Made by a program: the position numbers and the translations under genes | The notes under the pieces: model-generated | The model's input: only the letters and a program-made list of their open reading frames with translations | Told to the model about the DNA's origin: nothing | Databases searched by the model: none | Assembly: GCF_036321535.1 (NCBI RefSeq) | Contig: NC_087437.1 | Span: 23,190,001 to 23,254,000 of the forward strand | Direction of reading: 5' to 3' | Length of the DNA: 64,000 nt | Source: Camelus dromedarius | Taxonomy: Eukaryota | In this document: positions 36,974-50,060 of the stretch, piece after piece | How the letters are laid out: every line of letters begins with the position of its first letter | Numbering within the stretch: position 1 is the stretch's first letter

Positions 36974-37110
36974 ACTATATTTCCTGACATCTAAGATATC
37001 AAATGTAAAAAACACCATTATTTTATGAACCACTAAGAAAGAAAACCTTCAGTTAAACTCTGATTTGCCATCTAGTGTAAGACTTATACTAAAATAAGTA
37101 TGCCTTAGAA
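36974..37110. mobile_element. TcMar-Tc2 MER104/Kanga-like remnant
   Basis: 'caccattattttatgaaccactaagaaagaaaa...tgccatctagtgtaagac'. Confidence 0.55.
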
Positions 37111-37113
37111 TGG

Positions 37114-37137
37114 GTGTGTGTGTGTGTGTGTGTGTGT
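37114..37137. repeat. (GT)12 microsatellite
   Basis: Seen directly. Confidence 0.95.
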
Positions 37138-37139
37138 AT

Positions 37140-38030
37140 GTCCCCTGCATGAGTGGGAATATACTCTGTGCATCACTTTGTAACTCTCCTTTTTCATTTA
37201 TTATAGTGGTAGATAGTCCTATTTCATTCTTTTGTTTTACCGCTACTTATCATTGTAAAATATGGGTGTATTTATTAATTAATTGTCACTTAAGGTGTTT
37301 CGTATTGTCTGTTGTTACAGATAATTCTCCTACGATAATACTCCTAAACAGATTGTGATACATAGATGCAGTTGAGGTTGGATAGTAAGGCATGGAATTA
37401 CTAAGCTAAAGAGCAGGCTCACTGAAAATGTAAGTATATATTGCTAAATTGTTGTGTTAAAATGCTGTATTTATTTATATTTTCACAAGGGGTGTTTTGG
37501 AATAATCATTTCTTCACTTCATTTTATTTGATATTTAAATATTTGCCAGTCCAAAGGGTGGAAATAGTATCTCATTATTGGTTTAATTTGCATTTTTTTA
37601 TATTACAAGTAATCATTTTTACATATATGTATTAGTCATTTGTGTTTTGCCATCTGCTAGATGCCTTTGAATTTATCCTTTTTTCATTTTCCTATTGAGA
37701 TTTTACCTTTTCTGTTTAATTTGTAGTAATAATTTAAAATAACCTGATTATTAATATTTTTATAGTATTTTACATCCTGCAAATATTTTCTCCCAATCTG
37801 TCATTTGAATTTTAACTTTCTTAATAAAGCAATTTTTTTGGTTGTTCAGAAGTTTTTAACATTTAAAGAACCAAACTTACAATTGCTTTACTTATTGATT
37901 CTTAATTAGATCTTTTTTAAAGAAGTTCTTTCCTACCTCATGATTATTATTATTTCTTAAAAACTTTATCTTGTCCTCTGATAATTTATCACTCCTTTAA
38001 TGCAACTGGAAATTTTGTTGTATGTTTTTA
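37140..38030 (-). mobile_element. L1ME-like antisense fragment
   Basis: 'gtatctcattattggtttaatttgcatt...tgcaaatattttctcccaatctgtc'. Confidence 0.7.
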
Positions 38031-38349
38031 CCCATTTTCCTTTTCATAGAGAGGAAACGTGTATGTATACAAAAACAAAGATAATTAGAAAAAAAATCAA
38101 TATGGATGGCAATTTAAAAAATCAATATGGATTATCCTGACAATCATAAATTGTCCAAGTGTCCTGATTATTTAAAGGATTTTATTTGGCTCAAAAAAAT
38201 TTCTTTTGAGCGTTACTTCAAATAGTTGAGAAACAATCAATTACATTTAAGATTTCAAGGAATAGATCAAAGCTAACTGATCAGTTTTGACTGCCATTAT
38301 TAACACTACTAATTGATAGAATCAAGAATAGAATATCAAAAAAGGAAAA

Positions 38350-40340
38350 AATTAATGTGAGACTTTAACCAAGTCATCAAGGTTAACAGTGATAAGTCAC
38401 ATTGATAGGATGGAACTTTGACATTGTGTGATAGAAATGGCACTTGACCCCTGGGATCTTCCTACTCAAAGTCCATAACCCTTGTCTGATTGTGAAAAAA
38501 AAAAAATCAGACAAATCCTAGTTGAAGAACATTATGCAAAATATCTGACTAGTACTTCTTCAAAACTGTCAAGGTCATCAAAACAAAGAAAAGTCTGAAA
38601 AGCTGTCACAGTCAAGAGGAGCCTAAAAAGACATGAAGACTGAATGTAATGTAGCGTCTTGGATAGGATCCCAGGGGGATAAAAAGGACAGTAGGTTTAA
38701 AAAAAACAACTATAGACACACCTACACTCAATTAATTTGACAAAGGAGGCAAGAATATACAATGGAGAAAAAATATATCCTCTTCAGCAAGTGGTGTTGG
38801 GAAAGCTGGACAGCCACATGTAAATCAATGAAGTTAGAACACTCCCTCACATCACAAAGTAAATGACAACAACAAAAATTCTCAAAAATAAACTCAAAAA
38901 CACCAAAAAGAAAAATGACCTAAAGACTTAAATATAAGACAAGACACTATAAACCTCCTAGAAAAAAACATAAGCAAAACATTCTCTAACATAATTCTCA
39001 GCAATGTTCTCCTAGGACAATCTACCCAAGCAATAAAAATAAAAGTAAAATAAACAAATGGATCTAATTAAACTTACAAGCTTTTGCACAGCAAAAGAAA
39101 CTATAAACAAAATAAAAAACACCTACAGAATAGGAGAAAATATTTGCAAATAATGAGACTGACCAGGGCTTAATTTCCAGAATATATAAATAGCTCATAC
39201 AACTCAATAACACAAAAAAAACCAACAGCCCAATCAAAAATGGGCAGAAGACCTAAACAAACATTTCTCCAGTGAAGACATACACATGGCCAATAGGCAC
39301 ATGAAAAAATGTTCAGCATAGCTAATTATCAGAGAAATGCAAATCAATACTATAATGAGGTATCACTTTACACCAGTTAGAATGGCCATGATTAAAAAAT
39401 CCACAAACGATAAATGCTAGAGAGGGTGTGGAGAAAAGGGAACCCTCCTACACTGTTAGTGGGAATGTAGTTTGGTGCAGCCATTATGGAAAACAGTATA
39501 GGGATTCCTTAAAAAAAACTAAAAATAGACTTCCCATATGATCCAGTAATCCCTCTCCTGGGCATATATCTAGAAAAAACTCTAATTCAAAAAGACACCT
39601 GCACCTCAATGTTCACTATATAGAATAGCCAAGGCATGGAAGCAACCTAAATGTCCATCAACAGATGACTGGATAAAGAAGTTGTGTTATATTTAGAAAA
39701 TGAAATACTACTCAGCCATAAAAAAGTGCCATTTGCAGCAACATGGATGAACCTGGAGATTGTCATACTAAGTGAAGTAAGCCAGAACAAGGAAGAAAAA
39801 ATACCATATGATAGCACTTAATTGTGGAATATTTTAAAAAATGACACAAATAACTTATTTACAAAACAGAAAGAGACTCACAGACATAGTAAACAAACTA
39901 ATGGTTACCAGCGGGGAAAGGTTGGGGGAGGGATAAATTGGGAGTTCGGGATTTGCAGATACTAACAACTATATATAAAATAGATAGACAACAAGGTCCT
40001 ACTGTATAGCACAGGGAACTATACTCATATCTTGTAATAGCCTGTAATGAAAAAGAATATGAAAAGGAATATATGCATATGTAAAACTGAATCACTAAGC
40101 TATACACCAGAAATGAACACACTATAAACCAACTATATTTCAATAAAAAAAAACTATAGAAATTTGAGTAAAGTATGTATTTTGTTAACAATATAGTATT
40201 GAAATTTATTTGTTCATTAATTTTAGTTTGTTGATGTAATATAATGCAATGTGATATAGTGTAGGGGAAACTGGGTACAATATCTTAAATTTTTTCTGTA
40301 AATTTAAAACTGTTCTAAAATAAAATTTTATTTAAAAAAC
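38350..40340 (+). mobile_element. L1MC/MD-like 3' UTR, split by a younger L1
   Basis: 'aaaactgtcaaggtcatcaaaacaaagaaaagtctga...gactgaatgtaatg' resumes after 40160 and ends 'ctgtaaatttaaaactgttctaaaataaaa'. Confidence 0.75.
38717..40151 (+). mobile_element. 5'-truncated L1 (about 1.4 kb): ORF2 C-terminus, 3' UTR and poly(A)
   Basis: TSD AACTATAGA at 38708-38716 and 40152-40160; 'gagggtgtggagaaaagggaaccctcctacactgttagtgggaatgtagtttggtgcagcc' is the ORF2 cysteine-rich region; disrupted frame. Confidence 0.95.
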
Positions 40341-41517
40341 AACGTAAGATTAGTGTATGGAATCGGTTCATGTTAAGATAAGTCATGTGAAGGGAAACTT
40401 CGACTTCTATTTAATATCACCAGTTTCCAGTGGGGACAGTGGGCATGTGGTTGAGTGAACACGTGACAGCAGAATTATTTGCATTTCAATATAAAAGCAA
40501 GTTTATATTGAATCCTGTTTCCAGTGGAAGTAAGAAGGAAAATGTTAGTTTTTTGAGCAAATTAAGTAAAATAATTAACTGCTCCTGTTTTGAAATCAGG
40601 ATGAAGTTGCTTTTCCCCCCTGCCTCTAACTAAATAAAAAGTACTGAAAGAAAACAGAGTAATGTTTAAGAGCTAACACTGAGGCAAGAATGATCGTCTT
40701 TAAAAAAAGACCCAAACTTAGAAGCTGTTTTTTACCTGCTACTCTGATTGATGACATGGATTCCTCAAGGAACATGATAGATTTCATATAGTTTATTCAG
40801 GTATTAGGAAAACAATTTTCAGTGACACAGCATTTTAAAAGTGAGTATTCAATACCACTATATAATCATGTTCTGGTGTGTGTTTCAAACCCAGTGCTCT
40901 GGAGATTGTGCGCCAGGCTGTGTGCTGTCCTGATGGATGTGAACAATGTGAGCATTTTTTTGGTGTGTGTCAGAGAAACTATAATTCAGTTACCAACTGG
41001 ACAACTGAAGGAGGATTATAGCTGACATCTTATGACTTATCCACAATAAGTATATTCATCTTGCACAAATTTTCTTATGAAATGAGAATTAGGAGAACTG
41101 AAGTGAAAATCTTCAGACAATATGAAGATGCTGTAACATACATTTAAGTTAATGCATTTTTGAATTCTTTTTGAAATAGACTTTTCCCAGTAGTAGACAG
41201 GGACTTGAAGATCAACTGCAGCCCTTTTGAGAAATAACTGTGCTCTTTGCTACTTTCAGCAGACACATCTACCAAAATTAAAACATTGGCAATAATATTT
41301 GCATTTTGCTTTTATCTAATGGAATTTATTTAGATGTAAGAAGAATGTGGTCATGTAGACAAGGGAATATGAATGCTGATACACATTGCTCTTGGCTACA
41401 CAAAATAAGCCACTTAGTATTACTACTGATAACTGTATTCTGTAGACTCTGTTGCTCTCTTCGCAGAGTTCAGGTTTATTTCCCTACTTAGTTATCACCT
41501 AATGAAACACTCTAGAA

Positions 41518-41521
41518 TTTT

Positions 41522-41577
<56 letters not shown>

Positions 41578-41644
41578 TTTCTTTCTTCCTTCCTTCCTTC
41601 CTTCCTTCCTTCCTTCCTTCCTTCCTTCCTTCCTTCCTTCCTTC

Positions 41645-41738
<94 letters not shown>

Positions 41739-41775
41739 CCTCCCTTCCTTCCCTCCTTTCCTTCTTTCCTTCCTT
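41518..41775. repeat. Compound pyrimidine microsatellite (TTTC)n(TTCC)n(TTTC)n(TC)n
   Basis: Seen directly; about 258 bp of pure C/T. Confidence 0.98.
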
Positions 41776-43704
41776 AATTTGTTTATTTATCAGGTCCTTT
41801 CTTGTTTAGAACTATTTTCAAATAAACATTTATTTTAATTTCTTTTTAAAACATGCCAGATCCTTGTCCCTGTATCTTTTGAAGTTCATTCGTCTCTATT
41901 TTGTATTTTTCACCACTTGGAAAATGCAGTGACATCTCTGTTTTTGTATTCCACAAGACATTTCATACAACTATTTACACTTGTGACACCCTTTGTTTCT
42001 ATAATCATGGCACCTTACTTTGTTTTTCTCCAGGTATAATTTATTTTAACAGTTAAAACTTTGGCACATAGCTCTAATTGTGTGTGGAAATAAACTCATT
42101 TCCTTTTTTGTTCACAGGTACATAAATTCACATGATGGGCCTATCTCATTTTAGGACTAATGAGCTTCATTACTCAGGATACTTTATTATCTTCATATCC
42201 AGTATCTACACTAAAATTTTATTGTGAATTTTGTGTAGCAGCAGCTCAATTCTTGTTTCTACAGTATAAAACTTAGTAGCCATTGGGGTGTTTATCATCC
42301 ATGAAGTTCATTTCACATCTCATCTATTATAAGAATAAAATGCGAAAATAATTATGTTTCTCTAAAATGACATTATTAGGACTGACTGCAAGGGAACAAA
42401 AGCAAAGAACATTTCACGCAACCCAAGGAAGTTTACAGAATCTTTTCATCTTTTCTGTTAATTGTTGTAATGAAATAATGGAGAAAGCCACTTTACCTAG
42501 TGGTAGCCCCCAAACCCAGACCATGAGGTCCAAGCTAGAAATGAAAATATTAGTCATGGGAGCCCAAAGCAAATAAAAGGACACTTCTTCAGCTTTTTCT
42601 GTCTGTCAGAGAAATATGGTCATTACCTGTGCTCAGGGAAGATTCCATTCTGTGAAGCCTGAAACGAATGTAAATTGAGGTGAAGTTTCTCTTAGAAATA
42701 CTTCATAGTATTTGAGTACAAACTCAAAGTGAAGTTCCAGCGTCACAGTTTAGAATGAACTGTTGCTGGAGCTTTGGCGATTCGGATCCATCTCACCTGA
42801 GATTTCTCAAAGTAACTTAGTTTCATAGTTCCTTCCTGATTGCCTCCCAGGTTTCTCTCCCTATCTAGAACCTTCCACAACTTCCAGTAACTCTCTGCAC
42901 TCCCAGGGGTCAGAGATAGAAGGGCTCCAAAGTGTAATCATCACTGTCTGCGGGATAAATCTGCACCTGCACATGCTGTGGATTTTTCTTTTCTGTGTCT
43001 CTGCCTGCTGTGTTTTCAGACCTGCCTCTTATGCTGTTCTTCTGGGCTGCCTCCCAAAGGTGGGTCCCCCCATCAACTTGATTTTTTCAATGTCTCCAGT
43101 TTTTCCATAAGCAATGGAAAAAATAGTTTCAGTTCTTTGGCAATAATATGGTATTTTTAAACTTTTTTTTTAATGGTAGGTGAGAATTCCTGTTTGCACA
43201 TAATCCTTAAGTTACATTACCTCTCTTTTCAGGACAGATAAACATGAAGATGTACTCTTTGTCCAGTTGGGGAAGAAGGTCTTCAGTTGGCAGCCTGAAC
43301 AGCCCGAATGGCCATTGGGTAAATCAGCCACCCTAAGGAAGAAGAGAGTCCAGGCACTCAAGTGGGTCCAAGCTGTCTGGAGGGGGGCTTTGTGAGTAAT
43401 TATTTTAAAAAATGATTTCACAAATGTTCCTGTGAGATCCAGAGCCCAGAGACCCAGGCACTGTGGTCCCTCAGTATGTCTGGAGTAACAGAGGGAAGTG
43501 AAGCCCAAAGACACTGTCACTACAGTGCATTTCATTGATGTCAAATTTGTCACACGACCTGGTCTTGTAGCTGAGCCAGTTCATATCTTGAACAAAATGA
43601 GGGTGAGCACTTCAGCAGTGAAAAAGTTTTCACTACAAAAGGATGCTGGGAGCCAGGGAGTGCTTATAACTGTGTAAGTATAATTTATGTTTTCCTCATC
43701 TTTT

Positions 43705-43847
43705 TTGGGGGGTGGAAGAGTTGGGGGGAAGTACTTAGGTTTGTTTGTTTGTTTAATTTATTTATTTTAATGGAGGTTCTGAGGATTGAACCCTGGACCT
43801 CATGCATGCTAAGCAGGTGCTCTACCACTGAGCTATACCTTCCCCCC
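43705..43847 (-). mobile_element. Vic-1-type SINE with 17-bp TSD (1 mismatch)
   Basis: TGTTTTCCTCATCTTTT at 43688-43704 and TGTTTTCCTGATCTTTT at 43848-43864. Confidence 0.95.
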
Positions 43848-44972
43848 TGTTTTCCTGATCTTTTCTACTATCAATGCTCAAATGCCTGCTAACCTACTAT
43901 TGTTAAGTTTTCAGCCAACCACGGAGAGGTAGCTGACAATGATCTAATGTATGAATCTCTATTCTTCCATAGCTAAACTCTTAAGTCTAAAATATTTTGT
44001 ACTCTAAAGGCACAAATTGCTATAATGAAACCACAAATAAAACTATATACGAATACCCCGAATCATAACGGTGACCTTAGAGGGGAAAAAAAGTCAAGCT
44101 GTTCCTTGGAGTTGTATAGGTAATACAGCAGTGCAGCATTGTATTTGACATTCATAAATGAATTATTTTTAGCCTTTCTAAACTGAGGTTTGGGGAGATC
44201 CTCAAGAATAGGAGTGTTCTTATAAATTTGGAAGAGGATTTTATAAAATTTGGGAAAGGAACTGTATAAACACCAAATTAGGACAATGTGCATTATATGC
44301 CACATGTTTTGAATGAAAAGATCTTACAAATAGTATACTTTTGCCTGTAACTGTTTTCCTACGTAAGTTGATTTATGGAACTAAATAGTTCCATGAATCT
44401 TTCCAGCAATGAACTACCCTATAGGCAAAGCCTAAAAACTGGTGATGTTATGGGGAATGAAGAAGAAAGTCTGTTACATCATTTGAGAACGACTTTGTGC
44501 AGGGCACTGTGCTAGGAGTGATAAGAGCGATCCCATTCCATCTAATGAATGATGCACATAAGCAGGTCAAAGTGGAGATGAGGGGTTCTAGTTAGTGTGA
44601 TTAGTGCTACGATGGGTGTTTCACAGACTTATGTGGGAACATAATCTTGTTGGAAATGGTCATCAATAAAGATTTTTTGAAAGAAGAGATTTATTTAACT
44701 CACCCTAGAAGGCTGAATATGATTAGGCCAGGTGAAGGAGGAGGAAAGAGTTTTTTGGGCAAATGGAAGACATATGGAGACGCCTAAAGTTGGATAAAAA
44801 CATGATATCTTTAAGTGTCAGATAGAAAGAGGTGATAGAAAGGTGTCAGATGAGGCTATTTCAGGAAATGTTTGTTTTATCATAAGAGCAGTGGGAAGCC
44901 ATTGATAAATTTTAAGAAACAAATATGATCATAGTTTCATTCTATGAAGTACTTTAAGGCTGTAGAGAAGAC

Positions 44973-45728
44973 TGAAAACATTATTATGATAAGTATAAAT
45001 CACTTGAAAGATTTTAGGATAGTCAGTATGATATTATATATGTACCCATTAGTTTAGGATCCAATTCTTGGTCTGGTTATCCGACACAACATTGAGGGTG
45101 CGCAGTCAAGGGGAGGTGAACCCTCATTCTATCAGAAAGGGGCAGCTACCAAAAGCCCCCCTCTAATCCCGTCACTGTCAACAACCACTTCTTTGCTAAG
45201 GGACATACTGAAAGTCAGAAATAATGTTTATTGATGTAACTGGAGACCTGTCAATTAGCGTGATGAATTACAGAAAGAGATTGTCATTAGATATGTATTT
45301 CAAGACATGTAGAATGACTGAAATATTGTTTACATTCTCCCACATTACCAGAACAGGTGCATGAATTTACTGGGTCTGAAATCTATTTTCCTTAAGGATG
45401 GTGCCTGCGGTTTGAGCTCTGGTTGATCCAACATCCAGGCATTGGTTTAAGAGGATTTCTGTTTGTGTGATGCCAACTAGAGGCAAGGATTGAATTTTTA
45501 CCAAAATCTATCTGTCTAATAAGTGTCGATAGATTTGTTAGAATTTGGCCTGAGATTTGTTCTTATTAAACATTAACAGCAAGGTCATGAGGGCTTGGTT
45601 AATCTTTGCTATCTGAAACTCTTTGACAACTATTATTATCCACCCAAAAGTAAGCATTACGTGGGACCAGTTAGGCTGACATCAGTTCACAGCAGACAGT
45701 ATCACCTAACACATCTCCCGCTTTCACA
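44973..45728 (-). mobile_element. ERV-type LTR-like insert; left boundary uncertain (44973 or about 45027)
   Basis: Minus strand starts TGTGAAAG; AATAAA near 45230; L2 flanks both sides. Confidence 0.5.
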
Positions 45729-46053
45729 GGAAGGATGAGAGTGGTCTGAACAAGTAATTTGGAAATAGTGGCTGGCTTGACTTAAGAAATATATAGGAGG
45801 TAGACCCAATGGAATATGATACTGATCAATAAGATGAGGGAGAAACAAGAAAGAAAAATCATATCTAATTTTCTGTCACTAGTAACTGGATTGGGGGAGT
45901 TTTTATTCACTAAAACAGGACACAAAAGTAGAAAAGCAGGTTTAGGGAAAGATGCTGCGTTCAGCTTTGTAAATATTGAGTTAGAAATGCCTGAAACATT
46001 CAAACAGAATGTATACACGTTGGAAAACATGCAGTATCTGGGCTGTGAATGAG

Positions 46054-46711
46054 CGATGAGACCCAACCTTCAGACGTAAAGAAAACAGTGCAGCATAACC
46101 TTACTTAGGGCAGTCATCTGGCCAATGAACTGTGCTATTTTTCAGTCCCAGAGTTCTCCCGGGTGATGAAGTTTAGTAGGAGAACATAAGACCTAAGGCC
46201 AATATGCACGTATACAATTTATTGACACTGGCTATAAAATAAAATTTTATGAAAAATAATAAATATGCAGCCTTTAGAAGCTCCCAAGTATCCTGGGTCA
46301 GTTTAACTCATTTTTACATGATCCAAACTCTACTCCTCCTGAGACCTCCCAAGGTGAAGCCAATTAGACCTTGAGTTTCCTTACCTCTGATAATTATTTG
46401 TTTCATTGATGTGGGCTTTTTATTTTCCATCGTACATTATTAGCGTAAAGGGTAGCCTCTGTTTCAAAGGGATTCCCGGTTGAACAGGAAAGCCTTGCTT
46501 GCAAACTCTTATTTCTTGTCTCATCTTTTTTCTATGGTCAAAATAATCATTCTGTATTTCCCCATTTGTTTGTTTCTTGAGATCTTGATGACATATGTAT
46601 GCCTTCGAATGTACCAAGTTCAGATATTTTATTTCTACTCAGTATCTCTGATACATTTTCTTTATTTTATATAATGAATTCTGCCTTCGGATCATTATTA
46701 TTTCCTCAACA
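46054..46711 (-). mobile_element. ERV-type solo LTR-like insert
   Basis: Minus strand starts TGTTGAGGAAAT; AATAAA near 46220; L2 resumes with GAG duplicated at both junctions. Confidence 0.6.
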
Positions 46712-47471
46712 GAGTTTGCTCAGGGAGAGTGAAGAGTCGGAAGAGAAAAAGTTCCTGAATAAGATTTAATGCAAACAAGGAAACAAATAAACAGAGCAAA
46801 ATGAACCAGGATTTTAAAAAGAAGCACGGAAAAGAGAAATTTGTAAAAGAGATGAAGACCTGGTAGTTGAACCACAGGAGAAGATCCTGGAGCGGGAGTG
46901 TGGATTTAAGGTGAAAAGAGAAGAGGCGGTTTCAGGAAGGAGGGCGTGGTCAGCAATGCCAGTGGCTTCCAGGGGAGATGCACACTGATTGCCTTTAGCT
47001 ACAGTGAGGTTAGTGCTAATAGTTTTTGAGCAATATAGGGGACCAGTGCGGAAATAAATCCACAAAGCGGTTGGCTGGGGAACCAGTAAGAATTGAGAAA
47101 CTGGTGAAAATAACTCTTTTTGAAATGTTAGGCTCAGTGAGGGAAAGGGGGTTAGGATGGTTATGAAAAGAAGTCAAGGTATTGACATTGATTTTTTTTT
47201 TTTAATGTAGAAGAAACGTGCTTAAGTTCTAGTTTACTAATTCAAATAAGAAGACATACGCAGAGAGGGAGAGGATGAAGAGAAAGGATTAATAGAGAAT
47301 AATCAGTTGATCAAGTTGCCTGAGCAGAGAACAGGCTATGGATTAGCTGTATGCAGGACAGAAGCTTTCCCGCTGTCTGAAGATAAAGGGAGGAAATGAT
47401 ATGTGTCAAGGGGAAAAGGTTTGGAGTGTTTATTATGTGACACATTTCTAAGTGCTTCTCACGTACTAGAT

Positions 47472-47649
47472 CAGTGGTTCCAAAACTATGGTTGCTAATG
47501 CTGGGCTGCATCACCTAGGAATTGTTAGAAATGCAAATTCTGGGGCTTAATGGTAGGCCAACTGATCCAACTCTGGGAATATGGCTCCATTTGTGTTATA
47601 ATAAGCCTTCTGGGTGAGTCTGATACTTGCCCAAGTTTGAGAAACACTG
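47472..47649. mobile_element. MER5A (hAT-Charlie) with 8-bp TSD
   Basis: CAGTGGTT...AACACTG termini; TSD tactagat/cactagat. Confidence 0.85.
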
Positions 47650-47659
47650 CACTAGATCA

Positions 47660-47800
47660 TTTAACAATTCAATCCCCTTTTAGGTTCAATGTTAGGATTG
47701 TGCCCATTTCACAGATGAGGAAGCTGAGGCACAAAAAGTTTAAGTGATTTGCCAGAAGTCACCAGCCACCTGGATCCAAAGCCCACATTTTTAAGTCTTG
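47660..47800 (-). mobile_element. MIR fragment
   Basis: 'cccatttcacagatgaggaagctgaggcacaaaaagtttaagtgatttgccagaagtcac'. Confidence 0.8.
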
Positions 47801-48489
47801 TCTTCTGCAGTCTCTAAGTGTTGCTTATACAATTGTCGATGGGATGTTGAACACTTTTCTGTTCAGTGATTTCATGATTTGTTGTTGTTTTCCCTGTAAC
47901 TCAAGAAGTAGAGTCATTTCCTAAGATTAAGAGGGAGCAAGTGGTGGGATTAGCATAAAATGTTGAAAGTTTAACATGGTTTCTGTAGAAAATTAGAAAC
48001 ATACTTCAGTGGGGCAAAAGGAAGAATTGCTATTTAGCATGAAGGTCGGTAGATAGTAAATATCCATGAATTTATAAAGGCAGTAATCTGGATGATTGTT
48101 GGTTTCCTTCAGTATTATATAGGAGCAATTGAAGGTTCCCTAGGAAAGTGTCACAGAAGGATAGAAAATCAGGAAAATTAAAGAAATTGGCAAGTAAATG
48201 ATTATAATGATGGAGAATATGATCTAAACTGGTTGCAGAAAGGCAGTGAAATCAGGAAGGAGACGACAGGAAAAAGCAGTAGGGAGTCCACATGCATGGA
48301 TACTAACCCTGTCTTCTAAGCAACACAGCGATGACGATAACAGCAACATTGAGAATAACACAAAATAAGCAGCCAGGTTGCAAGTACTCAGTATAGTAAA
48401 TACAGAATTGAAGATTCTCGATATTAGTTCTTTCCTTGGATTCCCTGATACTATACCATTCTTTTGTGTTTTTTACCTGTAAACCTGTG

Positions 48490-50060
48490 TGGTCACCCCT
48501 CATTCTCCTTCACAAACTCATCTTCCTCCACATAGCATTTAAATTTTAAATGTTGGGATTTCATCAGGCTCTGTCCTTTGCTCTTTCCTCTCCTGACTCA
48601 CTTCTCCGTGTGACATCATCCACATCTGTGGTTTCAGTTTTAGATAAACTGAAAAATCTTAATCTCTGGTCCAGACTTTGCCTTTGAACTACAGATCTGT
48701 ATACCCAACTGTTTGTTCAAAACTATCCCTCAGATGTCTCAAAGACACCTCAAATTCAACACAAGTCAAACAGAACATGTCTTTTTACCTACTACATTTG
48801 GTCTTCTCCCAGAGTTTCCAACTTCACTGAATGGCACCATCACCCATGCAGCTGTGCAGGACAGAAATATATGAGTTGTCCTTAATACCCCCTCTTCATG
48901 CACAATGCATGGCCAAGTTGAACTGATTTGTAGCTCCTAAATATTTATCAGATTTTTCTTTTGTTCTTTTGCCCTCCTATCTCCTGGTCTCTGTTGCTCT
49001 TATCTCTTGTATGGAGTATTGACCAGCCTCCAGAAACCCATCCCCTACCCTGATCTGATAAATGCATATCTTAGCAAGTCTCTTCTTGGCCTCTTTGGAT
49101 AAAGGAAAGAGTCCTTCATATGGCTAGTCTAGTCCAGTATTTTACAAACTGGGCATGTGCCACATTGGTGCGTCATAAAATTGTTTGGTGGATAATAACT
49201 GTTACCATTATTTCTCTATCTCTATATATAAGTGTGTGTGTATGTGCACTGGTTCTTGAAACAAAATGGGTTTCTCACTGAGGGTCGTGGTCACAAAAAG
49301 TGAAAAGCCACTGAGCTAGTTACACCCACTTCTCATCTCTTACTATTCATTCCAACTACACTGGCCACCTTTCTTTCATTCACTGTAATAGAGTCTGTAC
49401 ATTCTCTGAGCTTGGAGAGATGGATATCGCCCTCCTTACCCAGCTGAAATTGCCTTATATGACATGCTGAGCTTGGTTATGACTTTCCTTGGGTTAGAAT
49501 AGGTCAAACCTTCCTACGGCGCACTAAACCATACCGACTCTCGTGTAGCATTTATCACGGCTGAGCTTTTGCATATATGTATCATTATTTGATAAATGTC
49601 AATCTCCCCAGTTAGAACTTTTTAATTTTATTCACTAAATATTTATTGCTTCCACTGTATGTCAATTTTCCTTCATGCTACTGGGGGGACCCGACAATAA
49701 ATGAGATAGGACAGGCCACTTGCTATCATGGAACTTATATTGTAGCTCAGGGATGTAAACAATAATCATGCAAACAAGTGAATGAACTTGGTATGTTCTG
49801 ATGGTGATTTCCTTAGTAAAGTCAATAAGGCAGTGTTAGTTATGACAGATTGTGAATGACAGACCTTTGGTATATGACTAATTGGGTGTCTCTGAATGGA
49901 TGAGTCGAGAACTAAGTGGTAAGGATAGACCAGGCATACGATATCTGTGAGAACCGGATCCAGGTGTGTTTTTACTCATCAGTGAGCAAGTTGATATTTG
50001 GCATATAGGATCACTGGTGCTAAAATTATATTGCTGAATAAATGAACAACCACATGGATG
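48490..50060. mobile_element. L2 fragments, mainly plus strand
   Basis: 'gatgtctcaaagacacctcaaattcaaca...tgaatggcaccatcaccc'; 3' end 'ttgctgaataaatgaac'. Confidence 0.7.
49135..49313 (-). mobile_element. MER112-like hAT element
   Basis: 'tttctcactgagggtcgtggtcacaaaaagtgaaaagccactg'; near TSD gtctagtc/agctagtt. Confidence 0.65.

Larger units (their letters stand above)
44480..47460 (-). mobile_element. Long L2 fragment interrupted by two LTR-like inserts
   Basis: 'tttgtgcagggcactgtgctagg', 'agcagtgggaagccattga', 'agcaggtttagggaaagatgctgcgttcagcttt', 'gtttcaggaaggagggcgtggtcagcaatgcc'. Confidence 0.75.

Noticed and set aside
41502..41777. 91-aa F/L/S/P-rich ORF
   Set aside because: Translation of the pyrimidine microsatellite
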